From positions 1-24,132 of IMG/VR virus record IMGVR_UViG_3300032212_000700: 24,132 nt of DNA. One strand, 5' to 3'. The position numbers were made by a program, and so were the translations under genes. This stretch comes from a virus (lineage: Duplodnaviria; Caudoviricetes). The stretch's first letter is position 1. The number at the start of each line of letters is the position of its first letter. The notes below the pieces were generated by a model that was given only the letters and a program-made list of their open reading frames with translations, made no database searches and was not told the DNA's origin. Shown piece by piece: positions 7,838 through 18,294 of the stretch.

Positions 7838-8673
7838 TACAAATCCTCTCGAAAATCAATTTTAAATGGACTATTGCCCGACCGGTTAGGTGTCATTTTT
7901 CGGTTCTTGAATTTACCATACAGGCTCAAATACAAACGCTGTGCACCGCTGCCAGGCCGCAACTGTAAAATACAGGACCGGTGAAAACCAACTTTCAACA
8001 ACTGCATGTACAGCGTATCGCGCACCGCATCATCCACCCAGTCCAGGGGAATGCTCACTTCCAGGTGCGATGAATTAATATTGCCGAACTCTTGTTTGCT
8101 GGCTGATTGTTGCCAGTCGGTATTATCAACCGGTGTAACCGACCAGCCAAAACTCATGTTTGCCAACGGTTGCCAGGCATTGCCGATAAACAAACGGCCC
8201 ATTTGGTAATAAGGCATCCCAGCATCAGCCAGCGTGATACGCACATACGGCGCAGTTTGAATGCTACCCGAAGGAATCACCAAAACCGGTGATAAAAACT
8301 GCTCAGCCATCGGCCCTCCATAACCGCCGGCACCATACAAACCAGCACCAAAGCTCGAAGCATAATCATAAGCATTCATCGTCACATCAAATGCCAACGA
8401 TGCACCATTAATGGCATCATCCCAGCCCTGAATGCGTACTGTCCCGGTCACCGAAAGATTATGATCAACCAGCGCAACATGGCTGTAATAGTCACCATTC
8501 AATTGCATATCGATAGTCACATTACCATTACTGTTGGTGCGCCAGATCACCGAGCGCTGCGTATGCTGTAAATTGCTAACAGGTAAACCAGTAACTTCAT
8601 CTGAAGTCACCAGGCTAATCGCAGAGTCCAGCAAATTATCAAACAACACCAACAAATTATTGCTCATCGCCAC
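7837..8673 (-). CDS. Minor tail (tail tip) protein
   Basis: Position; GRLFIG motif; start may be ATG 8667. Confidence 0.6.
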   Translation of the reverse strand: MAMSNNLLVLFDNLLDSAISLVTSDEVTGLPVSNLQHTQRSVIWRTNSNGNVTIDMQLNGDYYSHVALVDHNLSVTGTVRIQGWDDAINGASLAFDVTMNAYDYASSFGAGLYGAGGYGGPMAEQFLSPVLVIPSGSIQTAPYVRITLADAGMPYYQMGRLFIGNAWQPLANMSFGWSVTPVDNTDWQQSASKQEFGNINSSHLEVSIPLDWVDDAVRDTLYMQLLKVGFHRSCILQLRPGSGAQRLYLSLYGKFKNRKMTPNRSGNSPFKIDFREDL

Positions 8674-10376
8674 AGCTCCAGTTCCTGCACCGGCACTTTG
8701 CCGCCAACACGATCAATAATGCCATCAACACGCCATTTTCCGTCATAGGCATCATTGGTATTTAGTTTCACAACATCACCTATATCTAATAGAGGCAGCT
8801 TTAACGGCACAGTAATTTTCAGCGTATAGCGCCGGGTATCATACAAACCATGCAAATAAGTTAAATAAGAATCAACGGAACCTAAACCCGACGGTATTCG
8901 GATCAGCTTTTCCTTTGATTCAGGATAATTTGTTTTTACAGTGGCAACCTCTTTAACCGCTAACTTGCTTTCATACTTTATTCGTGACTTTTCGTACTCG
9001 GTTAACGAGTCAGCAGGATTATTAATAATGGTATGATTCAATGCATACTCTGCAGACAGTTTCCAGAAAATTTTGTCGTCATAATCCATTTGCAGGTCAA
9101 TAATTTCCGCCAAATCAAAACTATAAGGGGTTCCTTGTCCAGAGGGATCTATAAGATACCGCGAAACAAACTTTCCAGAGCGATTAAATGACCACCACGC
9201 CATCTCTGCAAATAATAATTCACTAATTAACTCAGTGATACTTTTGTAATTATCAAGATAAATATTAGGAACATAGGTATTTCCGGCAATACTAGGGAGA
9301 TCAATATCAATATCACCAACAGACAGGCTTAAGTAATGAGTGCACAATAATGTCACCAGCTCTTCAGGTGTATTGGTGTAATTTCCGGATGAATCTTGTG
9401 CACCAAAAAACGTAACTGTCACATCACCGGCAGGTACAGACAGTAAACGAATACGACCATTGGCAAAATCCCGTTCATAGGGATAAAGAATAAACGTGGT
9501 GATGGGTACGGAAACCGGTGAAATTAAATCGGAATCTAATGTGGCGGTTCTTGTTGCACCGTCATAATCAATAATTGTTCGATCACCCTGCCAGACGAAA
9601 TTCACGTCTATGCTAATTTCAGCGCCATTATAGTAATCATCAACAGTCGAAAAACCAACAGGTAAAACAATCGTGTTAATAGAACCGGCATCTGCATTAC
9701 CCGATAATATTAATCGCACACCATTATCAAAAACATCAAAATTAAAGTGTGTCACATTAAGCGGATCCAGAGCCAGGTCACCGGTATCATGAAACTGATA
9801 CCACAAGTTGCTGTCATCAATCAAAACTGGTGTGGCATTAAAAACAGAACCTAATCCAACAGGTATAGGTCTGCCAATGGTGGAATCAGGGCCAGAAGTG
9901 TAATTGTTTTTGGGTATCATCACAGCATCAAAATAATGCTGCTTATCAGATAAGCCATAGGTAATCCGGCCGTTAAAATGACATTTTTGTTTTGTTAAAG
10001 TGCCTGTAAACAAAACAACAGCGTCACTGTACGGGTACAAACTTCGAGGTGCTGCAAGTTTTACAGTAACATCTGCGTTGCTTAAATCAATGCTTCGTAA
10101 GTCTGTGCCATCATGCAATAGATAACTAGATAAAACCAACGAACCATAATTTTTTTCAGCCTGCCCCATCATAATATTGGCCATTTTCCAGCGAAAACGC
10201 GGGATACCATCTTTGGCAATAATGGCTTCAAATAATACGTTGCTTAATGAATCACCTGGCTCGGTGACATAAGCATGATCAGAAAAATAATAATTACTCG
10301 CACCCTTGCTGATTTCAACCAGCACCACACGTTCCGCCACAGGCTGATTAATGTATTTCTCAAATGTCAACGTCAT
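8664..10376 (-). CDS. Tail tip/hub protein
   Basis: Follows tape measure; IPVGLG motif; C-terminal LDIGDVVKL fold. Confidence 0.65.
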   Translation of the reverse strand: MTLTFEKYINQPVAERVVLVEISKGASNYYFSDHAYVTEPGDSLSNVLFEAIIAKDGIPRFRWKMANIMMGQAEKNYGSLVLSSYLLHDGTDLRSIDLSNADVTVKLAAPRSLYPYSDAVVLFTGTLTKQKCHFNGRITYGLSDKQHYFDAVMIPKNNYTSGPDSTIGRPIPVGLGSVFNATPVLIDDSNLWYQFHDTGDLALDPLNVTHFNFDVFDNGVRLILSGNADAGSINTIVLPVGFSTVDDYYNGAEISIDVNFVWQGDRTIIDYDGATRTATLDSDLISPVSVPITTFILYPYERDFANGRIRLLSVPAGDVTVTFFGAQDSSGNYTNTPEELVTLLCTHYLSLSVGDIDIDLPSIAGNTYVPNIYLDNYKSITELISELLFAEMAWWSFNRSGKFVSRYLIDPSGQGTPYSFDLAEIIDLQMDYDDKIFWKLSAEYALNHTIINNPADSLTEYEKSRIKYESKLAVKEVATVKTNYPESKEKLIRIPSGLGSVDSYLTYLHGLYDTRRYTLKITVPLKLPLLDIGDVVKLNTNDAYDGKWRVDGIIDRVGGKVPVQELELWR

Positions 10377-13300
10377 TACGCTTTCGCCACATTAATTTGG
10401 AACACCTCACCCTCAGCCGATCGCGCTTCCAGTGTATCAATCGTTTGCTCGGTGATTTGCTGGCCGTCCGGCGTGACGATTTGAATATTGATATCACCAC
10501 CCAGCGACTCTGAGATTTTGATCAACGCGTTTTTGGTTGACTCATCCACACCGGCAGAGGTTTTTTCGATGGCAGCAATAACATCTCTCAAGTCTTTCGA
10601 CAAATCGTTGATTGATTTGTCGATAGTATCCAGTGCGGTTAAAGCGGCCTCTTCATAACCTTGGGGCGTTAAGGTGTCAACACGATCCTGAACTTCACCC
10701 AGGGTAGACATAATTTCGTTATATATTGCCTGGTATCCACTACCGGAAGCATAGGTATTTCGCGCATCAGCCAGCAGAGGGTCAACCAGCTGTGTTAATG
10801 CATTGGCGGAACTGGCCAGCTCATACCCATCGGCAGACAAGGCTTTTGTGGCCAGGTCGCGAAACTCGGCAAGTCTATCGTTCGTGCGTGCCGGTGTGGT
10901 CATTTGAGATCGGCGTAAACGGGTTAATACATTTTCAATATTGCCGCTTGCCTGTTGTAGCGTGGCAGCCAGTTGTTTTTGCGCGTTATACCAACGCACT
11001 ACCTCTTCGCGGGAGTCACGCAAAACATCAATTTGTCCTTGTAATGCTTCGGCATAGTCATCAGCGCCATTAACCAGTGCTTTTAATTGATCAGTATTGA
11101 GTTGATTGGCATCATCGAGCTTTTTAGTTAAATCGGTGACAATATCTTCGATAAAATCGTTGATTCTTTGATTCACATCGCTATCACTAAAATAACTGAA
11201 CGAACTCCGATCGAACTGACCATAAACATTTGCTAAATCTGATGCATTGTACGCTGCAAAAAAACGGTTTTGAGAGGTAATCATTTCATCAATATTATCG
11301 TCGTTAGCTCTGTCAGCCAGCCAATCCGAATCAAGTCTCTCAATGATGCTAAACAGCGTATTAAGCCCAGCTATTTCATTAGTAGTATCGATCAGTGAAA
11401 GTGGATCAACGTCCAACGTGGGAGCCTGTAATGATGATACGCTGGTAATTATTTCAGTCGGATTACGATAATCTGGTACGCCACTAACGGTTCTTATTGC
11501 TGCATCAATCGATTCACTTTCTGTTAACAGGCTGGCATTCAGGTTTTCAATTTTTTGTTGCAGGTTATCCAGCAAGTCGGCTTCAGCCTGATAACGCGCC
11601 ATCATTTTATCAAATAGATTTTGCTCCGCCTGGGCACGTGATAACACATCCCGGCTTTCACCCAGTTGCTTGAATGCCAGGCGTAAATCTGTATCCATGC
11701 GGCGCAGGTTTTCGATGGCTTCACTGCTGGCACCGGAAAGCAAACGGATGTTTGACTCAATATCGCTGGTCAAACGTTCCATGATTTGCATGGCCGCAAT
11801 ACGACGACGTCTGGCTTCTTCGGCTCGTTGTTCCTCTCTGGCCTTTCGTGACTGGTAAGCAGAAAAAGCTGCGCCGGCAACTAATAGACCCGCACCCACC
11901 CACGGATTCGCATTTGCTGCCGGAGCACCATACATTGCGCCAGCAGTATTCGCATCCATGGCACCAGACGAAACCATGATAGGCGCGACAATCCTTGCAG
12001 CTGCAGCACGTGCGGCCATTTCAGCCAGCAAGCTGATAAACATCTCGTGAATGCGATCGAAAAAACCACGGAACCCGTCAATGCCGTTTTTAAAAATATC
12101 CCTGAAGGTTGCGGCAAACGACGATTGAATACCGCTAGACATATCTTTGTAAGCTTGTGCGACCTCTTTGGTTTTTTCCTTATTGTCATCGCTGGTCACA
12201 ATCACACTCAGTAAAGATTTATTCAGATTAGTCAGTGCCAATCGGTATTGATCAACAGCAATATGTGGCTTGAGTTTTTCAAGCTCGGCCAGTTTTGCAT
12301 AATACGCGATAGCAGCCGCTTCTGCCGGTATGAGTTCAGCTAACAGTTTGTTTTGCGCAACTTCTTTTGTTTCGTTGTTCATTTTTTTGGTTTGAACAAT
12401 GATATCCAGCAGCTTTTCATTTAATGCAGCCAGTGCCAGCTGGTATTGATCAACAGCAATATGTGGCTTGAGTTTTTCCAGCTCGGCCAGTTTTGCATAA
12501 TACGCGGTAGCAGCCGCTTCAGCTGGCAACAACTCAGCAATCAGTTTTTTCTGTGCATCACTCATCACCTGGCTATTTTCTTCAGTGGCTGCAGTGGATT
12601 GTTTTTGCTCTTCGATTAAGGCTTTTTTGCTCTCAATTAACTGTTTTTCGATGCGTAGCTCTTTCACCTTTTCAGCCGTCGCCATTTTAGTCTCGCCGAT
12701 TAACTTGTTGTATTCCGCATTTGATTTGCGTAAAGCATCGGACAAACTGTCAATTTCAGTTTTTGACTTGCGCATATTCTCGGCCGCCAAAAACGCATCC
12801 TTCGAAAAACCACCGGCACCGGGAATAAAACTGGCAACCTTTCCAAAGCCTTCGAAAAATAGCGCAGCACCTTCTTTCAGGCTGTTAAACAAGCCATACC
12901 ACATATGCTTTATGGCAATACCAAACACGCTGAAAACCTTTTGTATCTGCAACATGCCGGTTTTAAAATTCCCCGCCAGAACAAACACTGCTGAGCCTGC
13001 CCAATCAAAAAAACTGGTTAACGATTTGGCGCCGCTCTTGATCATGTCATCTATACCGGCAGCACTTAGCAGCTTTAAAAATCCATCCCACGCATTTTTT
13101 AATCGACCAACTTCAGCAGCACTATTACTGGTCGCTTCTGGCAAACCCTCTACCACTGCCTTACGCATTTCCACTGCTAGCTTGGGTAATAAATCTTCGG
13201 CTAAAATTGAGCCGGCTTTCAACATACTGTCCAGCTCGGATGTGGTTACACCCATGGCTCTCGCTGCCATCTGGAACGCACCAGGTATGCGTTCACCCAG

Positions 13301-13906
13301 CTGGCCGCGCAATTCCTCGGCACTCACAGTACCTTTGGATATCATCTGTTCCATTGCCAGCAGTGCGCCACGTGTTTGGTCTGCTGTTAAATTGAAAACC
13401 TTGGCAACTTCATTAGTGGAAGAAAAAATATCGCGAATGTTAGATTGACTAAGTGCTGTACCCTTGGCCGCCGCTGATAGTTTGGTATAACCGCCTACCA
13501 GGGCATGCACATCAAGACCAAGCCGTTTGGCCTCACGCCGCACAAACAGGATTTCTTTCGCTGTCGCAGTATGACTACCGGTAACCGCCAGTAGACCAGA
13601 ATAGTATCCCTGCCAGGCGCGCGTTGACTCATAAACTTCACGCACGCCCAGCGAGCCAATAACACCGGCTATAACGGATTTAACACCAAGAAGTGAAGAA
13701 CGCACCTTGCCCACACTACCACGCAACTGGTCAAAACCACGCTCAGATTTTTTTAATTTTTTTTCAGAAGTTTCAGCAGTATTGCCGGTTTTTTTTAGTG
13801 CATTGTCAAACTTACCCACAACTTCGGTGGAATTTTGCACCGTGGCGTCAAACTGCTTACCATCAGCTTTAAGCCTATATACGTAATTAGCGTTTTGAAT
13901 CCCCAC
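10376..13906 (-). CDS. Tail tape measure protein
   Basis: 1176 aa, helical; QMISKGTVSAEELRGQLGERIPGA tape-measure motif. Confidence 0.92.
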   Translation of the reverse strand: MGIQNANYVYRLKADGKQFDATVQNSTEVVGKFDNALKKTGNTAETSEKKLKKSERGFDQLRGSVGKVRSSLLGVKSVIAGVIGSLGVREVYESTRAWQGYYSGLLAVTGSHTATAKEILFVRREAKRLGLDVHALVGGYTKLSAAAKGTALSQSNIRDIFSSTNEVAKVFNLTADQTRGALLAMEQMISKGTVSAEELRGQLGERIPGAFQMAARAMGVTTSELDSMLKAGSILAEDLLPKLAVEMRKAVVEGLPEATSNSAAEVGRLKNAWDGFLKLLSAAGIDDMIKSGAKSLTSFFDWAGSAVFVLAGNFKTGMLQIQKVFSVFGIAIKHMWYGLFNSLKEGAALFFEGFGKVASFIPGAGGFSKDAFLAAENMRKSKTEIDSLSDALRKSNAEYNKLIGETKMATAEKVKELRIEKQLIESKKALIEEQKQSTAATEENSQVMSDAQKKLIAELLPAEAAATAYYAKLAELEKLKPHIAVDQYQLALAALNEKLLDIIVQTKKMNNETKEVAQNKLLAELIPAEAAAIAYYAKLAELEKLKPHIAVDQYRLALTNLNKSLLSVIVTSDDNKEKTKEVAQAYKDMSSGIQSSFAATFRDIFKNGIDGFRGFFDRIHEMFISLLAEMAARAAAARIVAPIMVSSGAMDANTAGAMYGAPAANANPWVGAGLLVAGAAFSAYQSRKAREEQRAEEARRRRIAAMQIMERLTSDIESNIRLLSGASSEAIENLRRMDTDLRLAFKQLGESRDVLSRAQAEQNLFDKMMARYQAEADLLDNLQQKIENLNASLLTESESIDAAIRTVSGVPDYRNPTEIITSVSSLQAPTLDVDPLSLIDTTNEIAGLNTLFSIIERLDSDWLADRANDDNIDEMITSQNRFFAAYNASDLANVYGQFDRSSFSYFSDSDVNQRINDFIEDIVTDLTKKLDDANQLNTDQLKALVNGADDYAEALQGQIDVLRDSREEVVRWYNAQKQLAATLQQASGNIENVLTRLRRSQMTTPARTNDRLAEFRDLATKALSADGYELASSANALTQLVDPLLADARNTYASGSGYQAIYNEIMSTLGEVQDRVDTLTPQGYEEAALTALDTIDKSINDLSKDLRDVIAAIEKTSAGVDESTKNALIKISESLGGDINIQIVTPDGQQITEQTIDTLEARSAEGEVFQINVAKA
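12244..12520. repeat. 79-bp direct repeat in tape measure gene (12244-12322, 12442-12520)
   Basis: Two mismatches; period 198 bp = 66 aa. Confidence 0.9.
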
Positions 13907-14254
13907 GGTTAAACTCCCGCACTATTTCCCGTTCCATGATTTGCAAACCGGCAAAACACTCGGCATCAACCTTCAGGTCCAAACGATTAATAACCACATC
14001 AACTGCCGGATAATCCAGCCCGATCAAGCCACCCATGCCACCCACACGCCACTGAGTATTTACCGCCAAAAACAATACAATCACCGGCCAGTTTTCCGGC
14101 CACACTTCAAAATCCTCATCGATGGCTTGATGGTTTTCCATCGATTCAATTAACTCATTGCTGGCGCCCCATGCCTGCAAATCATTTAGGGTCTCATCAT
14201 TTCCTCGATCACTATTACGAGCAACATTAACCCAATGAAGCGCAGCGCCTTTCA
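13887..14254 (-). CDS. Tail assembly chaperone, frameshift extension (gpT-like, DUF1799-like)
   Basis: VWPENW..LFLAVNTQWR..GLDY motif; frame open back to the slippery site. Confidence 0.8.
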
Positions 14255-14587
14255 GTTTTTTATTTTTAAGTTCCGGCCTTTGATCTTTTTAATATAGGTG
14301 GCAATCAATGCCGCCGAGGCACATTGATCGTTTTTAATGGTGCGCAAACTTTCCTCGTTGCATGTAACTTCGCCGTTTTCATCCTCCACATCTTCAAAGC
14401 CGACAAACACAACATCCAACAAAGACAAATCAGACTCTTCATCGTAGTTTTTTATATCTTCTTCCGGAATCCGTTTGAATTCCGCTGTAAAAATCTCTTC
14501 GTCATGTTTGTCTGGCCGGGTAGCCGAAGGTGTAAAAACCTTTACCTTGCATTTAAAGGTGTCATCTTTTTTCAGTTTGAAAGCCAT
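14252..14587 (-). CDS. Tail assembly chaperone (gpG-like)
   Basis: Between tube and tape measure; ends with A AAA AAC TGA. Confidence 0.8.
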   Translation of the reverse strand: MAFKLKKDDTFKCKVKVFTPSATRPDKHDEEIFTAEFKRIPEEDIKNYDEESDLSLLDVVFVGFEDVEDENGEVTCNEESLRTIKNDQCASAALIATYIKKIKGRNLKIKN

Positions 14588-14596
14588 GTATGTTCC

Positions 14597-15532
14597 TTAT
14601 TTAACAGTGTGTTTAAAATCGTCATCGCCTGAGCTGGATGGAATAAAAGCCAGGTCCATGGTCAAGGTGCGAATCTTATCGCTTTCGCCATAACGTGGAT
14701 TAAGCACTTGCACATTAGGCGCATCAAACTGGTTGATAAAACCTGCTGCAGTACCGTGAATTATTTGTATCGCACCGGTAGTGTTTGCCTTGGCAATAGT
14801 AAAAAAGTTTTTTGCGCCCAGTGGTGGAGCTTCGATGGTGATGGACCCCGTCGGTGCGCGGTCAACAATCTGCACGCTTTCTTCACCCACCACATTGCGA
14901 TAAACCACTTCATTATTCTGATCAAAAGTGAAATCAATTAAGTTGCCAGCAAAACCATGCAAAGTAAAAGTAGGTGTATTGCTATTGGTAACAGCAAGCG
15001 GCTGCTGAAAATTACTGAAATCCGGCACCGGATCCGCAACAGACGCAGGGTCCACCCACAAACCGGTAAACTTGTAATGGTGCACAGGAATACCCTTGGG
15101 TGATAATCGCAAGCTTTCCGTACCACGCGCACCTAACATGGCGTGCTTTTGTCCATCAAAATGTAAATACATCGTACCGGCTTCTTCGCCACTTGAAACT
15201 GGTGCATATTGCACATCTATACCGGCATTAATTGTTTGGTCCTGGCCGCAAAGTCGTTTTAGTGGGCCAAAGGCAGGCGCAGTACCTGCAGCACCAGAAC
15301 CGGCATACTCCACATCAAATTCAACCATGACATGCGCACCAACGATCAGAGATAATTCATTGCCAAGTGTTGGTTTGTCCAGGTTGCGTGATACCTCATC
15401 ACCCTCCAAGGGGGAAATTTCCAGGTTGCTGGTCTGTATGGCATTGGCCGCGCCAGTCGGTACCGCATCAGTACCATAGGTCACTTCAATTTTTGCCAAT
15501 AGAATTTTTTTCCGAAATTTTAGGCCAGCCAT
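14597..15532 (-). CDS. Major tail tube protein
   Basis: LAKIEVTYGTD N-terminus, 311 aa beta-rich; no sheath gene nearby. Confidence 0.85.
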   Translation of the reverse strand: MAGLKFRKKILLAKIEVTYGTDAVPTGAANAIQTSNLEISPLEGDEVSRNLDKPTLGNELSLIVGAHVMVEFDVEYAGSGAAGTAPAFGPLKRLCGQDQTINAGIDVQYAPVSSGEEAGTMYLHFDGQKHAMLGARGTESLRLSPKGIPVHHYKFTGLWVDPASVADPVPDFSNFQQPLAVTNSNTPTFTLHGFAGNLIDFTFDQNNEVVYRNVVGEESVQIVDRAPTGSITIEAPPLGAKNFFTIAKANTTGAIQIIHGTAAGFINQFDAPNVQVLNPRYGESDKIRTLTMDLAFIPSSSGDDDFKHTVK

Positions 15533-15535
15533 AAT

Positions 15536-15727
15536 TTACTCCTTATTTTTTCCCGGTTTTGCTTTTGGTGCCTCAGCAATCACAGCTTCGGTTATTACCG
15601 GTTCTGGTGCATCTATCGCTTTGCCATTTGCATCGCGTGGCCGGTTTCCTTGTGGATGATCTTCCGTACCTTCAACCTTTTTCAGACTGCCGTTACTTTC
15701 TTTAATAAAACTACCACCCGATCTCAT
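15536..15727 (-). CDS. Small hypothetical protein, 63 aa
   Basis: GGAGG before ATG 15727; typical slot before tube gene. Confidence 0.6.
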   Translation of the reverse strand: MRSGGSFIKESNGSLKKVEGTEDHPQGNRPRDANGKAIDAPEPVITEAVIAEAPKAKPGKNKE

Positions 15728-15739
15728 ACCAACCTCCAA

Positions 15740-16147
15740 CTATTCAATAAGCCATTCTGAAACAACCCAGCCATACGGCCGATCAATTTGCATACTGTGT
15801 CGCACCCGCTGCAATAACAAACCGCCAATGGGCTCAGGTAAATCCGATTGCGCCAGGTTTTTCAATTCCTTCACCATTACATGTTCGGCATCTTCCACCA
15901 TTAAACCGGTGCTGGGTTCAGGTATTTCAATTTGCCCGATAATGCTCAGGCTCACAGTACCAAGCTGGCCTTCACGCCCGACATAGTTTGGGTAATCGCC
16001 TTCAGTACCCATTAACACAGTAAAAACACCTTGCTGCCGCTCTGTGGTTTCGCGATTCATAAACTCTGTTAAATCCCGCGTCACCAGCCGATTAGGTGCA
16101 ACGGTTTTTAATTGTTCAGCAACCGCTTCCATGTGTGCCAGGCTCAC
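15740..16147 (-). CDS. Putative tail terminator
   Basis: Size and position. Confidence 0.55.
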   Translation of the reverse strand: MSLAHMEAVAEQLKTVAPNRLVTRDLTEFMNRETTERQQGVFTVLMGTEGDYPNYVGREGQLGTVSLSIIGQIEIPEPSTGLMVEDAEHVMVKELKNLAQSDLPEPIGGLLLQRVRHSMQIDRPYGWVVSEWLIE

Positions 16148-16623
16148 GCCTGCATCGCCTTGTCAACATTGCGCGCTAACAAACCCGGCAAACGTTCAAC
16201 AATCTGCTCAAACGCCGGTTTTAAATACGGCTGTGCTGGTGTACCGTTCAGCGTAATCATGCGCTGAATCACATACGCTAGATCTTCAGTATCCATATTC
16301 GGATCATCTGGAAAAATATTTTTCACCCGTATCCAGTCAACCAGGCTCTCAATGCTAGGCGCGCCACCGGATCCCGTGCCTTCTTCCACAGCCCTGGCGT
16401 AATCCACACCAGCAGCAGCACCATAATCCGCAAAACCAAAACGAATTGAATTAATAGAGTTTGTCAGTTGTGAAAACGCTTTCGGTGCATCACGTTTACC
16501 TGCATTCGCCAGTCGTATAGCTGCGCGATGAAGGGTTTTATCCACCGCAGCCATTGCAACATCAGCCCGTTTAATAATCGCGGCATTAACTGATGGTGCA
16601 TCATTTTCAAACGTGAATCTCAT
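16144..16623 (-). CDS. HK97 gp10-like tail completion/neck protein
   Basis: YARAVEEGT and GTPAQPYLKPAF motifs. Confidence 0.8.
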   Translation of the reverse strand: MRFTFENDAPSVNAAIIKRADVAMAAVDKTLHRAAIRLANAGKRDAPKAFSQLTNSINSIRFGFADYGAAAGVDYARAVEEGTGSGGAPSIESLVDWIRVKNIFPDDPNMDTEDLAYVIQRMITLNGTPAQPYLKPAFEQIVERLPGLLARNVDKAMQA

Positions 16624-17243
16624 TTCGCCTGCCGCTCAAACTCTTTCATTAACTGCTCAGCCAGTGCCGCCGGTGTGCCGTTACGTGGCCCCTGGCTGAT
16701 GCCGTCACGCAAACGCACCGGTTTGTTAATATTGTTCACCGCCAACCAGCGCAATGCTTCAACAACAGCCCGTAAAATCAATAAATGCCGATCGGATTCC
16801 GGCACCGTCGTTTCAGCCGCCGTTTCACCAATGCGATGAAACGCCGCATAAAAAAACTTGTACTCACTGCCCAGGCTGGCAATCTGCGCACTACTGGGTG
16901 CCGGCGTAATCATCAACAACCCGTCACTGATCAGCTGCAACTTGGGCAACACACCCGGATAATTTTTACCCCATCGCGCCCGCGTTCGTCGCTGCTGTTT
17001 GCCCCACAAACTTTGTTTGGCATAAATCATATCAACCGGGGCAGGGTAGTCTGATTTTTCAGCAACCAGCGTGACCGAGCCAACCAGAGTGCGTGCTTTA
17101 TAACGCGACAAATCCGCCGCAGCAGCATCCAGCACAGCATCAAACTCGCTGCCATCATCCACGCCGTCAGATTTAAACGCATCCGCTGCTTCCATCAAAT
17201 AACGACGCACAGCGCTTGCAAGTTGGGCGCGGGCCATGGTCAT
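16620..17243 (-). CDS. Putative head-tail adaptor
   Basis: Position and size; helical ends with beta core. Confidence 0.55.
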   Translation of the reverse strand: MTMARAQLASAVRRYLMEAADAFKSDGVDDGSEFDAVLDAAAADLSRYKARTLVGSVTLVAEKSDYPAPVDMIYAKQSLWGKQQRRTRARWGKNYPGVLPKLQLISDGLLMITPAPSSAQIASLGSEYKFFYAAFHRIGETAAETTVPESDRHLLILRAVVEALRWLAVNNINKPVRLRDGISQGPRNGTPAALAEQLMKEFERQAK

Positions 17244-17509
17244 TGGTGCATGCCTCGTTTTAAAGCCTCATAAAGATAAACACCAAAATGACCAATAGAA
17301 TAAATCAGTCCGGATAACAACGTGATTATTCCCCAGCCAAAAACCTGTTCACGAATTTTTTCGCGCCTTTCGCGCTTACGCTGCCGCTCTTCAAGTTCTT
17401 CATTAATAAATCGGTGATGCGCGGCATGAATGTCTGCATCAATGCCACGTCGTTCTTCAAATACTTCGGTAACAGCACCTTTTAATGCTTCACGTTCATC
17501 GGGTGTCAT
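17240..17509 (-). CDS. Membrane protein, holin/antiholin-like
   Basis: Charged helical stretch then TM helix; next to endolysin cassette. Confidence 0.5.
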   Translation of the reverse strand: MTPDEREALKGAVTEVFEERRGIDADIHAAHHRFINEELEERQRKRERREKIREQVFGWGIITLLSGLIYSIGHFGVYLYEALKRGMHQ

Positions 17510-17787
17510 CTCAGACTCTTAAAGCTGGATATAGCATTTTCTGCTTCAGCTCTGGCCTTTACGTTTCCCAAATAAAAACCAATTGCAGCAGTAAAAGCGG
17601 AGCTCAATGTACCGAGAACAATTAAAAATATTTCGCGATTTTCAGAAGGAATGGGAATAAAAATGATAGCTGCGATCAATGCGAAAAATCCGAATATGGC
17701 ACAGATAGCAACAAAAAATTGATCTTTACCCATGGATTTAGCTTTAACCATTACCGGTTTCTGATTAGTTGTCACTTCACCACTCAC
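17506..17787 (-). CDS. Putative holin (2 TM)
   Basis: Two hydrophobic segments, IGFYLG motif. Confidence 0.65.
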   Translation of the reverse strand: MSGEVTTNQKPVMVKAKSMGKDQFFVAICAIFGFFALIAAIIFIPIPSENREIFLIVLGTLSSAFTAAIGFYLGNVKARAEAENAISSFKSLR

Positions 17788-18292
17788 ACTTCACCCCCTT
17801 GATCAACGTTTTCCAATCACACCCTGGTTCTTGAGCATGTGGAAAATCTTTCAACGTTTTCCAGTGTCCACCCCATTCAAGCCCGGCATCTTCCACAGCG
17901 GCACCACAGGCATTCCACAGCTGATAATCTTCCAGGTCACGCGTACCCCAAACCGGTTTACCATCGTGCAGAGGTACAAAGTCAAAGGCCTGACCATAGT
18001 TATGCACCGATTGACCAGGCCCCGCATGTGTCACAATCTTTCGTTCGAATTGCGGCCCAACGTTTAGCAACAACAAGCCAAGATCCTTACGCTTATGAAC
18101 CTTTTCCATTTCAACCGCTTTGTTTTGTATCTCGATAAAGTCACGGCCACGACGAAAAAGCCGCGCTTGTGCTTCAAGTGTGCGCAGCGTGTTATATATC
18201 AACACATCCAGCCCACGTTCACGGCACAGCACCAGAAACGCCATGGCCTTTTTACGTGTTTCTGGTGTCAGGTCTGCCAGTTCGCGACTCAT
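17777..18292 (-). CDS. Endolysin, M15 (L-Ala-D-Glu-type) peptidase
   Basis: RTLEAQARLF, SVHNYGQAFD, LEWGGHW..DFPH. Confidence 0.9.
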   Translation of the reverse strand: MSRELADLTPETRKKAMAFLVLCRERGLDVLIYNTLRTLEAQARLFRRGRDFIEIQNKAVEMEKVHKRKDLGLLLLNVGPQFERKIVTHAGPGQSVHNYGQAFDFVPLHDGKPVWGTRDLEDYQLWNACGAAVEDAGLEWGGHWKTLKDFPHAQEPGCDWKTLIKGVKCEW

Positions 18293-18294
18293 GA

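Noticed and set aside
12244-12520. Repeat pair as DGR template/variable region
   Set aside because: In-frame tandem inside tape measure, only two differences, not coding-strand adenines, no reverse transcriptase in window
12585-13448. 287-aa plus-strand ORF
   Set aside because: Antisense shadow of the tape measure gene
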